Both the position numbers and the translations under genes were made by a program. The notes under the pieces are model-generated. The model was not told the origin of the DNA. It saw only the letters and a program-made list of their open reading frames with translations, and ran no database searches. Below are positions 59,890 to 64,000 of a DNA stretch of 64,000 bases, piece after piece; position 1 is the first letter of the stretch; each line of letters starts with the position of its first letter. The stretch is taken from positions 4,736,001 through 4,800,000 of the forward strand of contig OY759599.1 of NCBI GenBank assembly GCA_963662465.1, written 5' to 3'. This DNA is from Desulfatiglandales bacterium (GTDB taxonomy: Bacteria; Desulfobacterota; DSM-4660; Desulfatiglandales; Desulfatiglandaceae).

Positions 59890-61095
59890 ATGAACCCCCT
59901 GATAACCATTTTATGGCCTGCGTTACCAGCGCCCGCGATTGATGAGATTGCCTTCTCTTATGATTTCTGCAGGAAGATGAGTAAACGATTTTGCGAAGAC
60001 CTGTCTTTTGCAGTTTCATGGAAAAACTATACGCCTGAAACAGCCCTTTGCGAAACGCTTTCAAGCAATCGGAGTCAAATGCTCCTTGTTGTAACGGAAC
60101 CTGAACTTATCCTGCCGCCAAGCGCTATTGCCGCACTGGCTAAATGCATACAGGAAGGGCATATCGCATCAGGCCCGGTTTTCAACCAGACTCTTTTTGA
60201 CGGACAAGCAGCCGCCCTGCCTTCCCCATACCTCGACATTGCATCCCTCCTGGAAGTTGCGGAGTCGATTTTCCATCAGTTTGCCGGAAAATATATACCC
60301 GTCAGCACATTAGACCCGGCATGCATACTGTATCGCACGGAATTTCTTGCAACCTATCATTCCAAACAGCTTATATCGGAGCTTGCGGGGCTACTCCCAA
60401 CGATGCAAAGCAGCAAATCTCAGGCCATTGCGCCCGGCGCACTCGCCCATGCAGGCTTCCAACGAAGCTTTCAGTCAGAGCGAAGCGACCTGGCAAGCCT
60501 TGTTCCGGAGGGAATAAAAAGCGTCCTTGACGTGGGATGCGCCATGGGGGGGTACGCAAAAACGGTGAAAAAATTGCGCCCTGAACTGACCATCACCGGA
60601 ATAGAATTGAATCCACTTATGGCCGAAGAAGCACGCCCCTACTATAATGAAATAATCATTCAGCCTCTTGAAGAGGTTCGCTTAAACAAAAAGTTTGATC
60701 TGGTGAACTGCGGGGATATTTTGGAGCACCTTCAGGACCCATGGGTAATGTTGAAGCGCTTGCACGCCCTGCTTTATCCAGGCGGATACCTGGTCATGAG
60801 CGTTCCCAACGCGGGGCATTGGACCATTGTCAGAGGATTGTTGAAAGGAGAATTTGAGTATGTGCCTTTAGGACTTCTCTGCATCGGACACCTTCGTTGG
60901 TTTACGGAATCGAGCCTTCTTCAGATTCTGTCTGAGACTGGATTTATTCCTGATGAATTCCAGAGGCAACAACTGCCGCCGACCCAGAAAGGAGAAGCCT
61001 TTATCCACGACATGTGCACCGGGAGCTATGGAAATGAGCAATCCCTGCGAACCAATGAGTTTATCGTCCGTGCCCGCAAGATACCCATGTCATAA
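59890..61095 (+). CDS. Class I SAM methyltransferase with a degenerate GT2-like N-terminal domain
   Basis: VLDVGCAMG, GDILEHLQDPW, SVPNAGHW, HLRWFT. Confidence 0.85.
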   Translation: MNPLITILWPALPAPAIDEIAFSYDFCRKMSKRFCEDLSFAVSWKNYTPETALCETLSSNRSQMLLVVTEPELILPPSAIAALAKCIQEGHIASGPVFNQTLFDGQAAALPSPYLDIASLLEVAESIFHQFAGKYIPVSTLDPACILYRTEFLATYHSKQLISELAGLLPTMQSSKSQAIAPGALAHAGFQRSFQSERSDLASLVPEGIKSVLDVGCAMGGYAKTVKKLRPELTITGIELNPLMAEEARPYYNEIIIQPLEEVRLNKKFDLVNCGDILEHLQDPWVMLKRLHALLYPGGYLVMSVPNAGHWTIVRGLLKGEFEYVPLGLLCIGHLRWFTESSLLQILSETGFIPDEFQRQQLPPTQKGEAFIHDMCTGSYGNEQSLRTNEFIVRARKIPMS

Positions 61096-61139
61096 TCCCA
61101 AAGGAGACCGCTGTTGAATCTGAAAAGCAAAAACAGATG

Positions 61140-61994
61140 TCACACTGAAGGCATCTCTATGGGTTGGGCTCTCCTTTTGTTTACCGTTCGCACAACGTAT
61201 TGGGAGCAATGCTCAGGCTTAATACTTTGTTTATCATTGGGACGCCAGTCGTCTGGATAGCCGTAGCGCTCGATATATGCGTCAAAAAACGGCTTGAAAA
61301 ATGAGACATCCTCCTCCAAAAACCAGTTTTTCCAGTTGTTATACGTCAGGGTGCGCGGAACATGGTCATGGACGGGGTCGACATGTGGTTCTCCAGTCAA
61401 CGGAAATCCCAGATACTCCTCCAGGCCCTCCAATTTTCCATCCACAAAATCCTCATATTTCACAGGACAATAATCATCCAGTCGGTTTTCAAATTCCACG
61501 AGCCAGCGATACTGAAACCCCAACCATTCTGTCACTTGCCGGAAGGAATGCAGATCACTTTCATCAACAATCCGTTCAAAAAGACGGCACAGAGAAATAC
61601 TTTTGGGATCGGCTTCCTTTTGCCGCAGAAGGTTTAGAATGCGCACCAGCCTCTCGTCATTGTTATAAATACTTGGTTCCTGTTGAATAATAAACAGGAT
61701 GCCGCTGACCATTAAATCCCTTGGGTCCCTGCTGAGATAAATCTTTTTTTCAAATGCGAGAAAATCACTGTACTTTACGTTTTCAGGACCCTCCCCGGCG
61801 CCCAGGATGGTTTTTGACAGAACCCAGGAACCCGCATCGCCATTTTCCCGCAGATACCGCCGGGGTTCAAACAAAGTTCGAACGGTGCCGGACAAGGAGT
61901 TCTTTATTTTATAAAAAAGCCCTGTAGTCCCAGATTTATATGGGCCAAAAATGACAACACGGCATGGCTTGACATCCTCTTGAAATTTTACCAT
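61140..61994 (-). CDS. Sulfotransferase-family protein
   Basis: 5'-PSB-like GPYKSGTT, 3'-PB-like RDPRDLMVS, VKYEDF, NWKNWF; start uncertain (up to 62033). Confidence 0.7.
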   Translation of the reverse strand: MVKFQEDVKPCRVVIFGPYKSGTTGLFYKIKNSLSGTVRTLFEPRRYLRENGDAGSWVLSKTILGAGEGPENVKYSDFLAFEKKIYLSRDPRDLMVSGILFIIQQEPSIYNNDERLVRILNLLRQKEADPKSISLCRLFERIVDESDLHSFRQVTEWLGFQYRWLVEFENRLDDYCPVKYEDFVDGKLEGLEEYLGFPLTGEPHVDPVHDHVPRTLTYNNWKNWFLEEDVSFFKPFFDAYIERYGYPDDWRPNDKQSIKPEHCSQYVVRTVNKRRAQPIEMPSV

Positions 61995-62123
61995 TATTCT
62001 TTGCCTCAAACGGGAAAAAATATCAGTGCGCACAAACGCTTTGCACTTTCCGCTAAAAATAAGTGCTTAATGCCGGCAGCAGCCTTCAAAGAGATATATC
62101 AGGGATTTTTCTACCCGTGCCGG

Positions 62124-62582
62124 TTATTTCGGAGAGACGTTTATATTTTTTGAGATGACATGCTTCCACTCATTATCTTTCAGCAGCCATCTGTCAGAAA
62201 AAGAGGAATTCACGGGCTTTGGAATATCTTGCAGCTGGTAAACCACTTCCAGGGTAACAATACCATCTTGTCCTCCTATGTTCACCCCTTTCGTTTTTAC
62301 TGATATATATCCGATTTGCCCCTTGTTTGCCATAAGCATTTTATATTTTTCTAGGGTCATGGCCCCTTGAACCGCCTCCATAGCGTAGGTGGCATTGTAA
62401 TCTTTTTCGAGAAACCGCTTGTTCCAATACGTTTCAGCCATTTTACCAAGAGTTTCCTTGGGGTCCTTTACTTTCTGATTTTCTTTTTGGCACGCGCCAA
62501 GGGCAAAGACCCCTAAGAATACAAACAACAGGCAAACGACGCCATCCCGCGACCATTTCTTGCCCTGGAAAAAAAACATCAT
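62124..62582 (-). CDS. Hypothetical lipoprotein
   Basis: Lipobox LGAC after a hydrophobic stretch. Confidence 0.7.
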   Translation of the reverse strand: MMFFFQGKKWSRDGVVCLLFVFLGVFALGACQKENQKVKDPKETLGKMAETYWNKRFLEKDYNATYAMEAVQGAMTLEKYKMLMANKGQIGYISVKTKGVNIGGQDGIVTLEVVYQLQDIPKPVNSSFSDRWLLKDNEWKHVISKNINVSPK

Positions 62583-62624
62583 TTCTTTATCCTCTCTCTT
62601 TAAAACCGTATTTCCAACTCAAGC

Positions 62625-63917
62625 TCAACTATCACTTCTGGGCACGTTCAAAAAAACTTGGACCCCCCCTTCTTTTGTGCCACTTTTAGCATAGTTAACA
62701 GCAATATCACTATAGCTGTCGCCATTAACGTCAACACAGTAAATACCAGAAATCCTTTCCAGACCTTCTTTCGGCAAACCGTCAACTTTTATTTCAGCCC
62801 ACTTTTGCCCTTTTAGAGAATATATTTTGATTCCGCCCTTTTGGGTGCCACCAATAATTTCAATATTTCTGTCATTATCCAGGTCACACGCGTTTATCGC
62901 TTCAAAAATCTCACTTGTTGGAAGACCTTCCGAAAAATCTTCAAACCCCTCAGGCCCAGCCAGAAAGGCTTTGAGCCCTACAAAACCTTTTTTTCCAAAT
63001 CCTGAAATACTGGCAACCAGATCATCCTTCCCATCCCTGTTCAAATCGGAAAGGGCAACAGACAGATAAATCTTTTCCTTAGGCAACCCATCGTTGAATT
63101 CTCTAAACTCGCCTTTTCCGTCATTAATCCAGATGACCAGGTCCATCTTAGAATTAAGAGAGGCGACTGCAATATCCGGGTTCCCGTCCCCATTCACGTC
63201 GCCAACCGTCAACTGGTCAGCCGCTAAACCGTTCACAGCTTCTTCGTCTGCAATATATCGAAATTTCCACCCATCAGGCGCCAAGGAAATCATCGCAACA
63301 CCATAGGGCGTTGCAAAATCATCAGAAAATTTAAATTCAGACATAGCGGCGATATCGAGACGGCCGTCCCTGTCAAAATCATCCGCTAGCAACGCTCTGG
63401 ATTTAAAATTCCGATCATAGAGTCCCTTTGAAAAATCTTCATATTTTCCATGACCTTTCCCCTTAAGCACTCGCACACCAATCCCATGCATCGCCAGGGC
63501 CATATCTGGAATGCCATCACCATCAAAATCGCGGCCGGAGATACCACCGTAAGTATACTTAATTTTGTCCGCAGGCACTTCAATATCAGCTTGGAACCAT
63601 TCACCCTTGCCGTTGCCATACCAGATAAACGGGATAGACGTACCATTTGGCTGAGGAGTCGTTCGAGGAGGCGGCGCTAAAATATCCAATTGACCATCCT
63701 GGTTCATATCAAAAAAGTCGATGCCTTGACGCCATTGGCCCGTTGTCGGGAGACCGCCGGATGATCCGATAAAGACCAAATCATTTTTCACTTCTTTTAT
63801 TTCAGATGTATGGGATACAACTTTTTTATCCTCACAACCAAGCAATACACAAAAGGATATGAGTACACCGGCCCAAAAAACGTTGGGGATAGCTTTTCTC
63901 TTTTTGTTTGTTATCAC
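62625..63917 (-). CDS. FG-GAP/VCBS-repeat beta-propeller lipoprotein
   Basis: Lipobox LLGC; seven DxDxDGxxD repeats (DMNQDGQLD, DFDGDGIPD, DFDRDGRLD, DVNGDGNPD, DLNRDGKDD, DLDNDRNIE, DVNGDSYSD). Confidence 0.88.
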   Translation of the reverse strand: MITNKKRKAIPNVFWAGVLISFCVLLGCEDKKVVSHTSEIKEVKNDLVFIGSSGGLPTTGQWRQGIDFFDMNQDGQLDILAPPPRTTPQPNGTSIPFIWYGNGKGEWFQADIEVPADKIKYTYGGISGRDFDGDGIPDMALAMHGIGVRVLKGKGHGKYEDFSKGLYDRNFKSRALLADDFDRDGRLDIAAMSEFKFSDDFATPYGVAMISLAPDGWKFRYIADEEAVNGLAADQLTVGDVNGDGNPDIAVASLNSKMDLVIWINDGKGEFREFNDGLPKEKIYLSVALSDLNRDGKDDLVASISGFGKKGFVGLKAFLAGPEGFEDFSEGLPTSEIFEAINACDLDNDRNIEIIGGTQKGGIKIYSLKGQKWAEIKVDGLPKEGLERISGIYCVDVNGDSYSDIAVNYAKSGTKEGGVQVFLNVPRSDS

Positions 63918-64000
63918 TTTTTTATCCTGATTGACTCTCTTAAGGTGCGAAATAAAAATTTCTTTCTGTCACTTTACCAATGAAAAAGGTGGGCCCAAAA

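Overview
Chromosomal window from an anaerobic bacterium, most likely an aromatic-degrading sulfate reducer of the Desulfobacterota (inferred from gene content). It has three parts. (1) 1-14.3 kb is mostly housekeeping: dynamin-like GTPase, MBL hydrolase, UbiE/MenG, acyl-CoA ligase, TVP38, ElyC, RNase G, a fused radical SAM protein, and pilC-pilS. (2) 14.6-22 kb encodes ring-cleavage steps of the benzoyl-CoA pathway (SDR-had-oah-dch), Na+-pumping decarboxylase beta/delta/biotin-carrier subunits, and a divergent OvoA-C-terminal-like methyltransferase. (3) 22-64 kb is a large surface-glycan locus: many GT2/GT4/GT-C enzymes, Wzx, Fcl, AsnB, and methyl-, acyl- and sulfotransferases. Secreted proteins are embedded in it: a signal-peptide S74-chaperone fibre with a subtilase, an uncharacterised exported protein, and an FG-GAP lipoprotein. 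Its centre (43.3-55.6 kb) is a hotspot of mobile DNA: three MITEs, REP hairpins, a RAYT-like remnant, an AT-rich Gtr-like cassette, and a decayed ISKra4-like/DUF4338 element. That element carries an intact nested 2.6-kb IS whose inverted repeats and 6-bp target duplication are readable directly. No rRNA, tRNA or CRISPR array was seen. All family assignments come from motif recognition, not database searches.
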